A DNA stretch of 64,000 nucleotides from Chloroflexota bacterium (GTDB lineage Bacteria > Chloroflexota > Dehalococcoidia > Lucifugimonadales > UBA3495): positions 1,140 through 65,139 of the forward strand of contig JAPPGG010000069.1 in NCBI GenBank assembly GCA_028875055.1. The letters run 5' to 3'. Positions 29,727-39,261 of this stretch are shown here, piece by piece. A program made the position numbers and the translations under genes. The notes under the pieces were generated by a model that worked only from the letters and a program-made list of their open reading frames with translations, searched no databases and was not told where the DNA came from. How positions within the stretch are numbered: the stretch's first letter is position 1; every line of letters starts with the position of its first letter.

Positions 29727-29754
29727 GTAGGGGCGCATGGTCATGCGCCCCTAC
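29727..29754. repeat. GTAG-type REP palindrome
   Basis: GTAGGGGCGCATG-gt-CATGCGCCCCTAC, perfect 13-bp arms. Confidence 0.75.
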
Positions 29755-29863
29755 GAAGTCGGGGGTATGACGGGTGTATTGGAAGGCAATTCCCTCAACT
29801 CTGAACAAATACCGGAAGCGCTCCGTGCTTGTCGATTCCATTGACAGCTAATATACTGCCTGT

Positions 29864-30547
29864 ATGACTCAGCCAAACCAGATACCCCCGGACGACTTGA
29901 CGGAACTGCCCCTGTTCCCCCTGAACCTGGTCCTGTTCCCGGGGATGAGGCTGCCCCTGCATATCTTCGAGGAACGCTACAAGGCAATGATCGGGGACTG
30001 CATCGACCGGGACGCGCCCTTCGGAGTCGTTCTTATCCGGGAGGGACCGGAGGTCGGCGGCCCGGCTGAGCCCTTCCGTATCGGCACCTCTGCCCGCATT
30101 TCTCAGGTCCAGCGGCTGGAAGAGGGAAGAATGAACCTGCTGGCCCTGGGCGAGCGCCGCTTCGATCTGGTGGAGATTGTCCAGGAAGTCCCCCACATGG
30201 TAGGCCGCATCGCCTTCAAGGAAGAGGCAATGGGGGAGCTGGATTCCCAGGTCTTGTCAGACGTGGGACAGGAGTACGGCGTCTTTCTCCAGCACATAGC
30301 AACCCTGGCCGGCTCCTGGAACGCCCCCGTGGAGGTCCCGGAGAGCCCCCTGGATCTCTCCTTCGAGGCCGTATCCACTTTGACCGGCAGCATCGAACTT
30401 CCCCAGGGCATGCGCCAGGACTTGCTGGAAGTGGATACCGCCGGCGAGCGCCTCTCCCGACTGCTTCCCCTGCTCAAGAGGGCCAACGAGCTCATTGCCG
30501 ACCAGGTGGACAAGAACAACCCCTATCGCGGCCCCCGCCTCAACTGA
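29864..30547 (+). CDS. Stand-alone LON peptidase N-terminal (substrate-binding) domain protein
   Basis: LPLFPL..VLFPG..LPLHIFEERY..M, FGVVLI, GERRF. Confidence 0.9.
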   Translation: MTQPNQIPPDDLTELPLFPLNLVLFPGMRLPLHIFEERYKAMIGDCIDRDAPFGVVLIREGPEVGGPAEPFRIGTSARISQVQRLEEGRMNLLALGERRFDLVEIVQEVPHMVGRIAFKEEAMGELDSQVLSDVGQEYGVFLQHIATLAGSWNAPVEVPESPLDLSFEAVSTLTGSIELPQGMRQDLLEVDTAGERLSRLLPLLKRANELIADQVDKNNPYRGPRLN

Positions 30548-30650
30548 ATCCCCGGGCGGCAGTTTCCAGCAGTCCCCTTGGGAATATCCCTGACGCCGGC
30601 CATCAGCATCGCATGACCTCCGCAGCGAGTCTATCGGGGCCCGGCCTCCA

Positions 30651-31109
30651 ATGAGGTTCTCTCCCCTGCAGGAACAGCAGCTGGTGGCCGAGGCGCTGTC
30701 CAGTGGCGTAGAAAGGCTAGTGGTCGGCGCTCTGATCTGTCGCCTGGGCAGGGTTCTCCTGGTGCGCAGGAAACCGGCCGACTTTATGAGCGGGCTTTAC
30801 GAGTTGCCCAGCGGACGTGTTGAAGGGAAAGAAACCCTGGCGGCCGCTTTGCATCGCGAGGTCCATGAGGAGACCGGTCTGGTGGTAACCGGCATAGATT
30901 CATACCTGGGATTTTTCAATTACGTCTCCCGGGGCGACGCGACAACCAGGCAGTTCAACTTCAGCGTCAGTGTGGCGGACTATTCGTTCATCAGGTTAAC
31001 GGAACACGACGCCTTCATCTGGGCGGAGGCTAGAGACCTTGGCCGCCTGAGGATTACCGAAGCAGTCCGAAGGACAATAGGCCGGTCCTTAGGCTGTCAG
31101 CTCAACTGA
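30651..31109 (+). CDS. NUDIX hydrolase
   Basis: ELPSGRVEGKETLAAALHREVHEETGL Nudix box. Confidence 0.88.
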   Translation: MRFSPLQEQQLVAEALSSGVERLVVGALICRLGRVLLVRRKPADFMSGLYELPSGRVEGKETLAAALHREVHEETGLVVTGIDSYLGFFNYVSRGDATTRQFNFSVSVADYSFIRLTEHDAFIWAEARDLGRLRITEAVRRTIGRSLGCQLN

Positions 31110-31818
31110 GAACGTCCTCATTGAGGTACAGCCGGTCAGGAGGAATCTCCACCAGCCCCTTTACATATACCCCGGGCACATGGATGTCGTCGGGGTCAAG
31201 CTCCCCCGGCTGCAGCACCGCAGTCTCCACTTCCACCAGGGTTGTTCGGGCCGCCATAGCCATAATGGGGTTAAAGTTGCGCTGGGCTAACCTGAATCGA
31301 AGGTTGCCAAAGGTGTCGGCCTGCCAGGCCCGGATGAAAGCGTAGTCCGCCTTAAGCGGAAATTCCAGCACAAATTCCCGGCCCGCAATGGTCCTGCATT
31401 CTTTCCCTAGGGCAATTTCCGTGCCAGCCCCGGTGGGCGTGTAAAAGGCTCCGATGCCCGCGCCACCGGCCCTGATCCGCTCGGCCAGGGTTCCCTGGGG
31501 CACCAGCTCCGCATCCAGTTCGCCGTCGTTGTACATTCGCACAAAGGGCGTTACACGTGAGGGATGAGTTGCCGCGGTGATGGAGCAGACCATCCGGCGG
31601 ACTCGCCCTCCCTCGATCAGGGTTCCTACGTCAACCCTGCCGTCGGTTCCTCCGTGCTCGTTGGATATGGCCGTCAGGTCTCCGGCGCCTTTCCGATAAA
31701 GTGCGGCAATGAGGTTCTGGGGCGCCCCCAGCCCGCCAAAGTCGCCGAACATAATGGTAGCGCCGCAGGGAATGTCAGCTACGGCTTCATCAAAGGAAGG
31801 GAGAACCTTGTTCTTCAT
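31102..31818 (-). CDS. Family I 3-oxoacid CoA-transferase subunit A
   Basis: VPQGTLAERIRAGGAGIGAFYTPTG, GNL, RNFNPIMAMAA, HVPG. Confidence 0.9.
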   Translation of the reverse strand: MKNKVLPSFDEAVADIPCGATIMFGDFGGLGAPQNLIAALYRKGAGDLTAISNEHGGTDGRVDVGTLIEGGRVRRMVCSITAATHPSRVTPFVRMYNDGELDAELVPQGTLAERIRAGGAGIGAFYTPTGAGTEIALGKECRTIAGREFVLEFPLKADYAFIRAWQADTFGNLRFRLAQRNFNPIMAMAARTTLVEVETAVLQPGELDPDDIHVPGVYVKGLVEIPPDRLYLNEDVLS

Positions 31819-32123
31819 TGGCTGCTGTCAGAGTTGGAAGGCTGAGAGGTAAGGTGGTACAGCAGGGTCAACATGGCGTAGAGGACCAGGGGAGTCGTAA
31901 TTGAGTAGGACGCCCAGTTGCCCAGGTTAGCCAGCTCAACGGTTGCAGCCAGGCCTGCAGCTATGCTGCCGGACGCTTCAATGAACCCGGCGGGCCATCT
32001 CCAGAACCTTAAGGAGTCAGGGTAACTGGGCCGCCAGCCTACCTGAAGGCCGCAATAGCTGCAATTCTCGACGCCTCGCCGATTGGCGCTGCCGCATCTG
32101 TGACAAATAAACTCGCGACCCAT
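31815..32123 (-). CDS. Small zinc-ribbon membrane protein (hypothetical)
   Basis: CHRCG.AN.....CSYCG followed by two hydrophobic segments; 4-nt overlap with the next gene. Confidence 0.6.
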   Translation of the reverse strand: MGREFICHRCGSANRRGVENCSYCGLQVGWRPSYPDSLRFWRWPAGFIEASGSIAAGLAATVELANLGNWASYSITTPLVLYAMLTLLYHLTSQPSNSDSSQ

Positions 32124-32266
32124 CCTGCATACCTGCGAAGTGCTGGTGGTGTCGATTGAAGTACCCAAGCTGCAGTTGGCCGTAGGCTAACACAGGGCCG
32201 GGCAAATGGCTAGCGGGCCTCTCTCGGTCAACTTCTCCCACTCCAATGGTATCCCCATCATGAACC

Positions 32267-32352
32267 CGTCATACCGGGGAACACCGGCATCCGGAAAACC
32301 TGCTACGTTAAGCGCCGCTGATCCAATTTCATTCCTTGATTCCGGCTTTCGC
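32267..32352. repeat. Degenerate CGTC REP pair
   Basis: CGTCATACCGGGGAACACCGGCATCCGG and a partial inverted copy TTGATTCCGGCTTTCGC. Confidence 0.5.
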
Positions 32353-32504
32353 AAGTTGGGTCTCTACGGATTCCCGCATGGCCCCCTGACTCCGAAAGTT
32401 ATCTCATCGTCTCCGGGTTGTTTCCGCGGACCAGGCCCCCTAGTACTACAACGACGGGTTGTTGGGTAGAATAGGTGGCCAGATGACAGTGGGCGGTGTG
32501 GGTG

Positions 32505-33737
32505 ATGGATGCAGCGAGCTTCCAGCGGGTCTACGACAGCTTTCAGGGATTACACGCATTCTTTGCGGCCTCCTTCGGCCGCAAGCAGTGGCGGGAGCAC
32601 AGCCGGACCTATCTTCAAGCCCTGCTGGTGCAGGCTCAGGAACGGCGCAACGCCGAGAATCTCTCGGAGTCGGTGGGCATCTCAGCCCGGGCGATGCAGC
32701 GTTTCCTCACCGAGGCCCGGTGGGACGATGACGCAGTCACTGGGCGGTTGCAGGAATACCCGGCCCCCAGGCTGGGGCACCCCGAGGCGGTGTGGGTGTT
32801 GGACGGCAGCGACTTTCCCAAGCAGGGCAGGAAATCAGCGGGAGTGGCCCGGCAGTACTGCGGCAGGCTGGGCAAGGTGGCCAACTGCCAGGCCGGAAGG
32901 TTCCTGGCCTACGTCAGCCCGCTGGGCCGGGCCTTGGTGGACAAGCGGTTGTACCTGCCCCAGAGTTGGACCTCGGACCCACAACGCTGTGCGGCGGCGG
33001 GAGTGCCCGAGGAGCAACAGGGCTACCGGTCCAAGACGGAGTTGGCCTTGGAGATGCTGGAGCGGGCCTTGGAACTGGGCCACCTCAAGGCCGGGTGGGT
33101 TGCCGCAGACGACGCCTTCGGGATGTCGCCTTCCTTCCGGGAGGGACTGGCGGCCCTGGGGATGCGCTACGTGCTGGACGTTCCCGGCAACACGCCGGTC
33201 TGGCCCTTGGAGCCGGTTTGGACTGTAGCGGAATACGGGGGATCCGGGCGTCTCCGCAAACCCAGGTTGCGGGAAGGGCAGCGGCGGACCATGGAGCAGC
33301 GCGGTGCTGAGTTGCCCGATGCGGCTTGGCGGGAGATAACGGTGGCGGAGGGAAGCCAGGGGCCGCGCAGCTACCGGTTCAGCACCCAGCGGGTACGGGT
33401 GACCAGGAAGGGCAAGCCCGGTGAAATCCACTGGGCGGTATGGCGCCGGAACCTGGACGGCAGCGAGCCCCGGTACTACCTGTCCAACGCTCCCGAAGAC
33501 ACTCCTTTGGAAACCCTGGCCTGCGTGGGCGGTTCCAGGTGGCGCATTGAAACGGAGTTCCAGACTGAAAAGGGAGACCTGGGGCTGGACGAATACGAGA
33601 CCCGTAGCTGGGCAGGCTGGCATCACCACATAGCCATGTGCCTGCTGGGCGGAGCGTTCCTGCTGGGGTTGCAGCAGGATTGGGGGGAAAAAGATGCCCC
33701 GGATCACCCGTCCGCAGGTGTACCGGGCGGTGCGTGA
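32505..33737 (+). CDS. IS701 family DDE transposase
   Basis: VLDGSDFPKQG, GVARQYCG..GK..NCQ, RLYLP..W, ADDAFG, RWRIE..F...K..LGLDEYE.RSW.GWHHH. Confidence 0.93.
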   Translation: MDAASFQRVYDSFQGLHAFFAASFGRKQWREHSRTYLQALLVQAQERRNAENLSESVGISARAMQRFLTEARWDDDAVTGRLQEYPAPRLGHPEAVWVLDGSDFPKQGRKSAGVARQYCGRLGKVANCQAGRFLAYVSPLGRALVDKRLYLPQSWTSDPQRCAAAGVPEEQQGYRSKTELALEMLERALELGHLKAGWVAADDAFGMSPSFREGLAALGMRYVLDVPGNTPVWPLEPVWTVAEYGGSGRLRKPRLREGQRRTMEQRGAELPDAAWREITVAEGSQGPRSYRFSTQRVRVTRKGKPGEIHWAVWRRNLDGSEPRYYLSNAPEDTPLETLACVGGSRWRIETEFQTEKGDLGLDEYETRSWAGWHHHIAMCLLGGAFLLGLQQDWGEKDAPDHPSAGVPGGA

Positions 33738-33879
33738 GATGCTGCCCCGGGAACGGTTCGGACCGGAGGAGTTGCTGCTGTGGCTCCAGGAGTCGCAGCT
33801 GCGAAACGAGCGGGCGCGCCGGTCCCACGAAAGCCGCCGCGCCGCCCGCCGTGAAGGCAGGATGGAACTGCCACCCTAA
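33694..33879 (+). CDS. Out-of-frame C-terminal segment of the IS701 transposase
   Basis: MPRITRPQV...R...ARRSH; starts right after the G6A5 run and ends just before the right IR. Confidence 0.6.
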   Translation: MPRITRPQVYRAVREMLPRERFGPEELLLWLQESQLRNERARRSHESRRAARREGRMELPP

Positions 33880-33940
33880 AGCCGTCGTTGTAGTACTAAA
33901 ATGGCGCGGAACTGAATTATACAGAATCAAAGGCGGCAAA

Positions 33941-34747
33941 ATGGCCCAGGAAAGTGCTTTGAACGCCCAGGGCAACCCCCGGGGAAACTCGTCGCAGCGG
34001 ATGTTCGGTTCGCAAGCGGCATTCTATGCGACCAGCCAGGTCCACATCAGTGATAATCGTTTGACGACCCTGCAGCGGATGATAGCTGAAGCCCCCACTG
34101 CCGGGTGGGCAATCGACCTCGGCACCGGCGCCGGATTCACAGCGTTCGCCGCGGCTGAATACGCCGGCATGGTGGTCGCCAGCGACCTTACCCGCGAGAT
34201 GCTCTTGGAAACCCGGAGGATAGGCGGCGAACGAAATCTGAACAATGTCGTCGTTTGTCAGAATCAGGCTGAAGCCCTGCCCTTCGGCTCCGATTCCTTC
34301 GACTTGGTCACCCGCCGGGCTGCGGGTCATCATTTTTCTGACCTGGGAGCCGCCTTCGATGAAATCCACAGGATTCTCAAACCCGGCGGCGCGTTGGTCA
34401 TGGCAGACTCCGTCTCCCCTGAGGATGACTTTCTCGCCAGCTGGTACAACGACGTTGAGTTGCGCCGGGACTTCAGCCACGTGGAGAACCGCAAAATCTC
34501 GGTGTTGCTGGACATGCTGGAGAGCCGAGGTCTGGAAATCGTGGAAAAGCAAGACGAGCGGACCTACATGATGTTCAACGACTGGGTTAAACGGACCGCC
34601 ACCCCCGAGGCCGAGGTCGTGTCCCTTCGTCGCGACTTCCTGAACGCCACCCCGGAAGCGAAGGAGACCTTCCTGATTCAGGAGCAGGGCGACGACATAG
34701 CTTTTGCCTGGCCAAGCCTGGTATTCAAAGCGGTCAAGCGCTGCTGA
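33941..34747 (+). CDS. Class I SAM-dependent methyltransferase
   Basis: IDLGTGAG, ASDLT, AEALPF..DSFDLV, HHF, LKPGG; start at ATG 33941. Confidence 0.88.
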   Translation: MAQESALNAQGNPRGNSSQRMFGSQAAFYATSQVHISDNRLTTLQRMIAEAPTAGWAIDLGTGAGFTAFAAAEYAGMVVASDLTREMLLETRRIGGERNLNNVVVCQNQAEALPFGSDSFDLVTRRAAGHHFSDLGAAFDEIHRILKPGGALVMADSVSPEDDFLASWYNDVELRRDFSHVENRKISVLLDMLESRGLEIVEKQDERTYMMFNDWVKRTATPEAEVVSLRRDFLNATPEAKETFLIQEQGDDIAFAWPSLVFKAVKRC

Positions 34748-34866
34748 CCGGGAGCCATTGCGGTACCCTTACCCCTCAGCGTGCGTAGCCAGGGATTGGA
34801 GCGGCGCCCGTCGGTACCTGCCGCCAGGCTCAATGCCGGCCCGCAGCATGGCCTCAAAGACGGGTG

Positions 34867-35730
34867 CTAGAAGACTGGCATTCCCGGCACATTTGCTTGA
34901 ATGCTGTATAGACCCGTTCTCGCCGTCACGTAGATAGTTGATAGATCGGGGCCGCCAAAGCACAGGTTGGCGGGCAGCTGAGGAAATTCAACGGTGCCCA
35001 GGTGTTCCCCTTCAGGAGTAACCACCCACAATCCGCCCGGCCCGGTCACGTAGAGATTCCCCTGGCTGTCCAGCTTCATGCCATCCGGTCCACCCTGCGC
35101 CTCAACGTCCATATCCACCAGCACGCAGGGTTCTCCAACGCCCAGGCCGGCATCCAGCGGGTAAGCCAGCACATGCCGGTTTCGTGAGTCGTCCACGTAC
35201 AGAACAGACTCGTCGATAGAAAGAGCCAGGCCGTTTGGCCGGTTCATGCTTTGACTCAGCAAAGTAATTGAACCGTCCGTATCCGCGCGATAGACTCCAT
35301 TAAACCCCTGTTCCCCCGGGTCAGGGTCTATCCCGTAAGGTGGGTCCGTGAAAAAGATGGCTCCGCTGGAATGGACCACAATGTCATTGGGGCTGTTCAA
35401 CGGTTTACCGTTGTGGCGGTCCACCACCGTCTCCATGCTGCCACTTGCGCCCCTGCGGGAAACCCGGCGACCACCGTGCTCGCAGGCCACGAGATTTCCT
35501 TCCCGGTCGAATGTCAGACCGTTGGAGTTTCCGCTGGGGCTGATGCAGGGTTCCGGAACCCCGCCGGGCGCATAGCTATAGATCGTATCGGCGGGAATAT
35601 CGCTGAACAGCAGGTATCCGTCAGGATGCCAGACCGGACCCTCGGTGAATTGGAACCCCTCTGCCACTTCCACCGGAGTCTGGCTTGAAACCAGGTCATT
35701 CAATGTCACGGGCAAGATAACACCTCTCAC
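34867..35730 (-). CDS. SMP-30/gluconolactonase family
   Basis: FTEGPVW, SNGLTFD, NSPND, FTDPPYG, PNGL, GPDGM. Confidence 0.92.
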   Translation of the reverse strand: MRGVILPVTLNDLVSSQTPVEVAEGFQFTEGPVWHPDGYLLFSDIPADTIYSYAPGGVPEPCISPSGNSNGLTFDREGNLVACEHGGRRVSRRGASGSMETVVDRHNGKPLNSPNDIVVHSSGAIFFTDPPYGIDPDPGEQGFNGVYRADTDGSITLLSQSMNRPNGLALSIDESVLYVDDSRNRHVLAYPLDAGLGVGEPCVLVDMDVEAQGGPDGMKLDSQGNLYVTGPGGLWVVTPEGEHLGTVEFPQLPANLCFGGPDLSTIYVTARTGLYSIQANVPGMPVF

Positions 35731-36036
35731 TCTTTCCGAAAGACTTTAGCCCCTGCGGATTCCCGGCCAATTGCCTGTCAAGTCATACCCTGGCCGCGCC
35801 ACGATTTGACAGGGGCCCCGTAACCGCAGGAATTTGCGGGACTTGCCCCGAATCATATCAAATTGGACAGGGCACACGGAAAACACAGCCTCCGGTGTGT
35901 CCTTGGCCGACCTCTTCCCCTTGCCGTAAATGACATGCTGTATATAATTGGGTTCGCCGGTACACCCCATACTCAGGGGGCTAGTGCCAATAACGTTCGG
36001 TATCCGGCTGATTCTTGAAATTGGGAGGTTTGCCTG

Positions 36037-37401
36037 ATGGGCGCAACCGAGACTATCGCAAAATGGGTAGTTACCACCAGCTACGAAGATATTCCCCCTG
36101 AAGCCATCAGAGTTGCCAACGAGTCCTGTTTCGATTTGCTGGGGGTAATCCTGGCCGGTTCAACCCAACCGGTAGGCGAGATAATCCAGCAATATGTGGA
36201 CGACAGTGGCGGCTCCACCCAGGCCACGGTGTTGGCCTCCGGCTTGCAGACATCCCTGGCCAATGCCGCCCTGGCTAACGGCACCATGGGTCACGCCCTC
36301 GACTACGACGACTTTGGCGGCTTTGGTCACCCTACGGTGGCCATTTTCCCGGCCCTGCTGGCATTGGGTGAGAGCCTGAATGCCACCGGCAGGGACCTGC
36401 TGGAAGCCTATGTCATTGGCTGCGAACTCGGCCTGGCGCTGCAGCACACTACCAAGTACTCCCAGATGGAACGGGGCTTTCACAGTACGGCGGTCATCGG
36501 TCGCATGGCTTCCACCGCTGCCTGCGCCAAGCTGCTGGGCCTGGACGAGGAGCAGACGGTGATTGCCCTGGGCATTGCCGGTTCCATGGCCAGCGGCGTC
36601 ATCCACAACTTCGGTACCATGGTCAAGCCTCTGCACGCCGGGCTTACGTGCCGCGACGCTGTTATGGCGGTGCAGTTTGCCCAGCGGGGCTTCACCGCCG
36701 GGCACCAGATATTTGAACACCCCCTCGGTTTTACCACTCCCATTCTGGGTGAAGGCATCTACGACCTGAACCAGATGGCCGAGAACCTGGGTAACCCCTT
36801 CCGGGTGCAGGACGCATTGATCATCAAGAAGTACCCCTGCTGCGGCGGCAACCATGCCATGCTGGACAGTTTGTTCAGCCTCATGCGCGAGCACAATTTC
36901 ACGTGGGATGACGTGGCCAGCGCCGAGGTAGATCAGTCTTACCTGTCCATCGTAATGCTGTATCCCGAGCCTGATGACCCGCTCAAGGGCAAGTTCAGCG
37001 CCAAGTACAACGTGGCGGCAGCTCTGGTGGACGGCGAGGTGAATATCGACACTTTCAGCGACGAAAAGATTGCCGACCCGGACATTGCCGAAGCCATGGA
37101 CAAAGTGACCACCCGCGTAATGTCCAAGTGGGAGGAGAGCGGCGGGGAAGTGTTCAAGGGGCTGCCGGTCCGCATAACGCTAAAGGACGGCCGAACTTTC
37201 GAGCACGTGACCGACCGGGACATGATCCTGGGCGGAGCGAAGAATCCCTGGGGCTTCGAGAACATCAAGGGCAAGTTCGAAGTGAACGCTGGCCTGGTGC
37301 TGCCGGAAGACCGGGTCGCCGAGACCGTGGAAACCTGGTCCGACATAGGAGAGGTGACCGACCTGACGGAGACCATTCGCAGCACGTTGATTGGCGCCTG
37401 A
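36037..37401 (+). CDS. MmgE/PrpD family protein
   Basis: NGTMGHALDYDD, GFH.T, KPLHAG, IKKYPCC, KFS. Confidence 0.92.
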   Translation: MGATETIAKWVVTTSYEDIPPEAIRVANESCFDLLGVILAGSTQPVGEIIQQYVDDSGGSTQATVLASGLQTSLANAALANGTMGHALDYDDFGGFGHPTVAIFPALLALGESLNATGRDLLEAYVIGCELGLALQHTTKYSQMERGFHSTAVIGRMASTAACAKLLGLDEEQTVIALGIAGSMASGVIHNFGTMVKPLHAGLTCRDAVMAVQFAQRGFTAGHQIFEHPLGFTTPILGEGIYDLNQMAENLGNPFRVQDALIIKKYPCCGGNHAMLDSLFSLMREHNFTWDDVASAEVDQSYLSIVMLYPEPDDPLKGKFSAKYNVAAALVDGEVNIDTFSDEKIADPDIAEAMDKVTTRVMSKWEESGGEVFKGLPVRITLKDGRTFEHVTDRDMILGGAKNPWGFENIKGKFEVNAGLVLPEDRVAETVETWSDIGEVTDLTETIRSTLIGA

Positions 37402-37521
37402 TAGCAGGAAGGCAGGTCAGGCTGGAGTTCTGAATTCTGCTCTTAATGCCGGCGTACCCCTAGCCAACAGGAGCATCAAATACAAGGTGTTGCCATCAGG
37501 TTCGAATACAGCTTAAACCAA

Positions 37522-39129
37522 TTGCGAGGAGACTTGTTCGGCGGCGTCACGGCTACCATCGTGGCGCTGCCCGTAGCGTTGGCCTTTGGAGTTGCATCAG
37601 GCCTGGGGCCTGAAGCTGGAATCTACAGCGCCATCGCCGTCGGCTTCTTCGCCGCCGTCTTTGGCGGGACGCCCTCCCAGATTTCCGGTCCGACCGGGCC
37701 CATGACAGTTGCCATGGCGGTGGTGGTAGCCCAGTATGCTACAAACGCCGCCGAGGCTTTCACCGTCGTAATCCTGGGCGGCCTGTTCCAGATCCTGCTG
37801 GGGTTGCTCCGGATAGGCCGCTTCGTCTCATATACCCCCTATTCCGTCATTTCCGGTTTCATGACCGGTATTGGCGTGATCATCATCATCATTCAGGTCC
37901 TTCCCTTCCTGGGAATTCAGTCGGTACCCGGTGGCCCGGTGGCTGTCATTCGCGCCTGGCCGGGATTGCTGGGCGACTACAACGTCCACGCCCTGATCAT
38001 TGCGGTAGTGGCGCTGGTGATTGGCTTTGCGTGGCGGGGATTACCTGCCAGGTACGTCCCAGGTCCCCTGATAGCGCTGATCGCGGGGAGCCTCCTGGGG
38101 GTGTTCTGGCTCGGCAGCGCGCCTACCATCGGCGAAATACCTACCGGTCTTCCCCATCTCCAGATCCCCCAACTGGCGCCCGACTTCCTGATCCGGGTTA
38201 TTCAGCCCGCGATAATCCTGGCCCTCCTTGGTTCAATAGACAGTCTCTTGACCTCGTTGATAGCCGACTCCATTACCCGGACCCGGCACAAGCCCAATAA
38301 GGAGCTGGTGGGTCAGGGCCTGGGCAACATGGCATCCGGCTTTATTGGTGGACTTCCCGGCGCCGGCGCTACCCTCGGCACCGTGGTCAGCATTCGGGCC
38401 GGTGGCCGCACCCCCGTCGCCGGGGTGTTGAGGTCGCTGGTACTGGTAGCCCTGATCCTGGGGCTGGGAAGGCTGGTTGAGCCGATTCCTCACGCGGTCC
38501 TGGCTGCCGTACTGATGAAGGTGGGCTGGGACATAATCGACTGGAAGTTTGTCACCCGTATCCGGCACGTGAGAAGAGACCACCTGATGGTGATGCTGGT
38601 CACCTTTGCGTTGACCGTGTTCCTCGACCTGGTTACCGCGGTGGCCATCGGCCTGATCGCAGCCGGATTTGCTCACGCCAGGCGCCTGGAGACCCTTGAA
38701 GTGGATAACGTCGTGTCCGTGCCCATGCTGGATATGGATTTTCTGGGTGTCTCTCCTCCCGCGGACGGCAGTGACACGGACTTCGATCCCTACAGCGCCC
38801 AGGTAGGGCTGGTGGCCTTCCGGGGCCAGTTCTCCGTTGCCTCCTCCAATCGGCTGGTACAGGCAATCGGCCCCGACATCAAGGACCACGAGATTGTCAT
38901 CCTTGACTTCTCGCGCACTACCTACGTTGATGACAGCGCAGCCCTCCTGATGGAGCGGGTAATAAGCACTGCGGAAGATGAAGGAACGACTTGCATAGTT
39001 ATGGGTCTTGCGGAACCCGTGGCCAGCACGCTTAATTCCCTGAATATATTCGGGAGCGTGCCGGAAAACCACTTTGTCAACGACCTGGACGAGGCCAGGG
39101 AATTAGCCAAAGAAATGCTGGCGGTTTAG
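37522..39129 (+). CDS. SulP family anion transporter with STAS domain (BicA-like)
   Basis: ALPVALAFG, ISGPTGPM, IDSLLTS, ELVGQG, LPGAGAT, C-terminal STAS; exact start uncertain. Confidence 0.92.
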   Translation: MRGDLFGGVTATIVALPVALAFGVASGLGPEAGIYSAIAVGFFAAVFGGTPSQISGPTGPMTVAMAVVVAQYATNAAEAFTVVILGGLFQILLGLLRIGRFVSYTPYSVISGFMTGIGVIIIIIQVLPFLGIQSVPGGPVAVIRAWPGLLGDYNVHALIIAVVALVIGFAWRGLPARYVPGPLIALIAGSLLGVFWLGSAPTIGEIPTGLPHLQIPQLAPDFLIRVIQPAIILALLGSIDSLLTSLIADSITRTRHKPNKELVGQGLGNMASGFIGGLPGAGATLGTVVSIRAGGRTPVAGVLRSLVLVALILGLGRLVEPIPHAVLAAVLMKVGWDIIDWKFVTRIRHVRRDHLMVMLVTFALTVFLDLVTAVAIGLIAAGFAHARRLETLEVDNVVSVPMLDMDFLGVSPPADGSDTDFDPYSAQVGLVAFRGQFSVASSNRLVQAIGPDIKDHEIVILDFSRTTYVDDSAALLMERVISTAEDEGTTCIVMGLAEPVASTLNSLNIFGSVPENHFVNDLDEARELAKEMLAV

Positions 39130-39174
39130 CGTATTTCAAGCTGCTATTGGGTTGACCGTCTGACGAGAGAATGA

Positions 39175-39210
39175 AAAAGGGCCGCTGCCAGCATGGACAG
39201 CGGCCCTTTT
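39175..39210. terminator. Bidirectional intrinsic terminator
   Basis: AAAAGGGCCGCTG...CAGCGGCCCTTTT between convergent genes. Confidence 0.85.
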
Positions 39211-39261
39211 GCGGTTGCCCCTAAACTGGGCCGGTTTTTCCGCTGGCGGTCTCGGTTCCGG

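Larger units (their letters stand above)
32443..33896 (+). mobile_element. IS701 family insertion sequence
   Basis: Perfect 15-bp terminal inverted repeats GTACTACAACGACGG (32443-32457) / CCGTCGTTGTAGTAC (33882-33896), flanked by TA on both sides (empty site CTAA). Confidence 0.93.

Noticed and set aside
33638-33940. N-terminal extension of the methyltransferase
   Set aside because: Lies mostly inside the IS; homology begins near ATG 33941.
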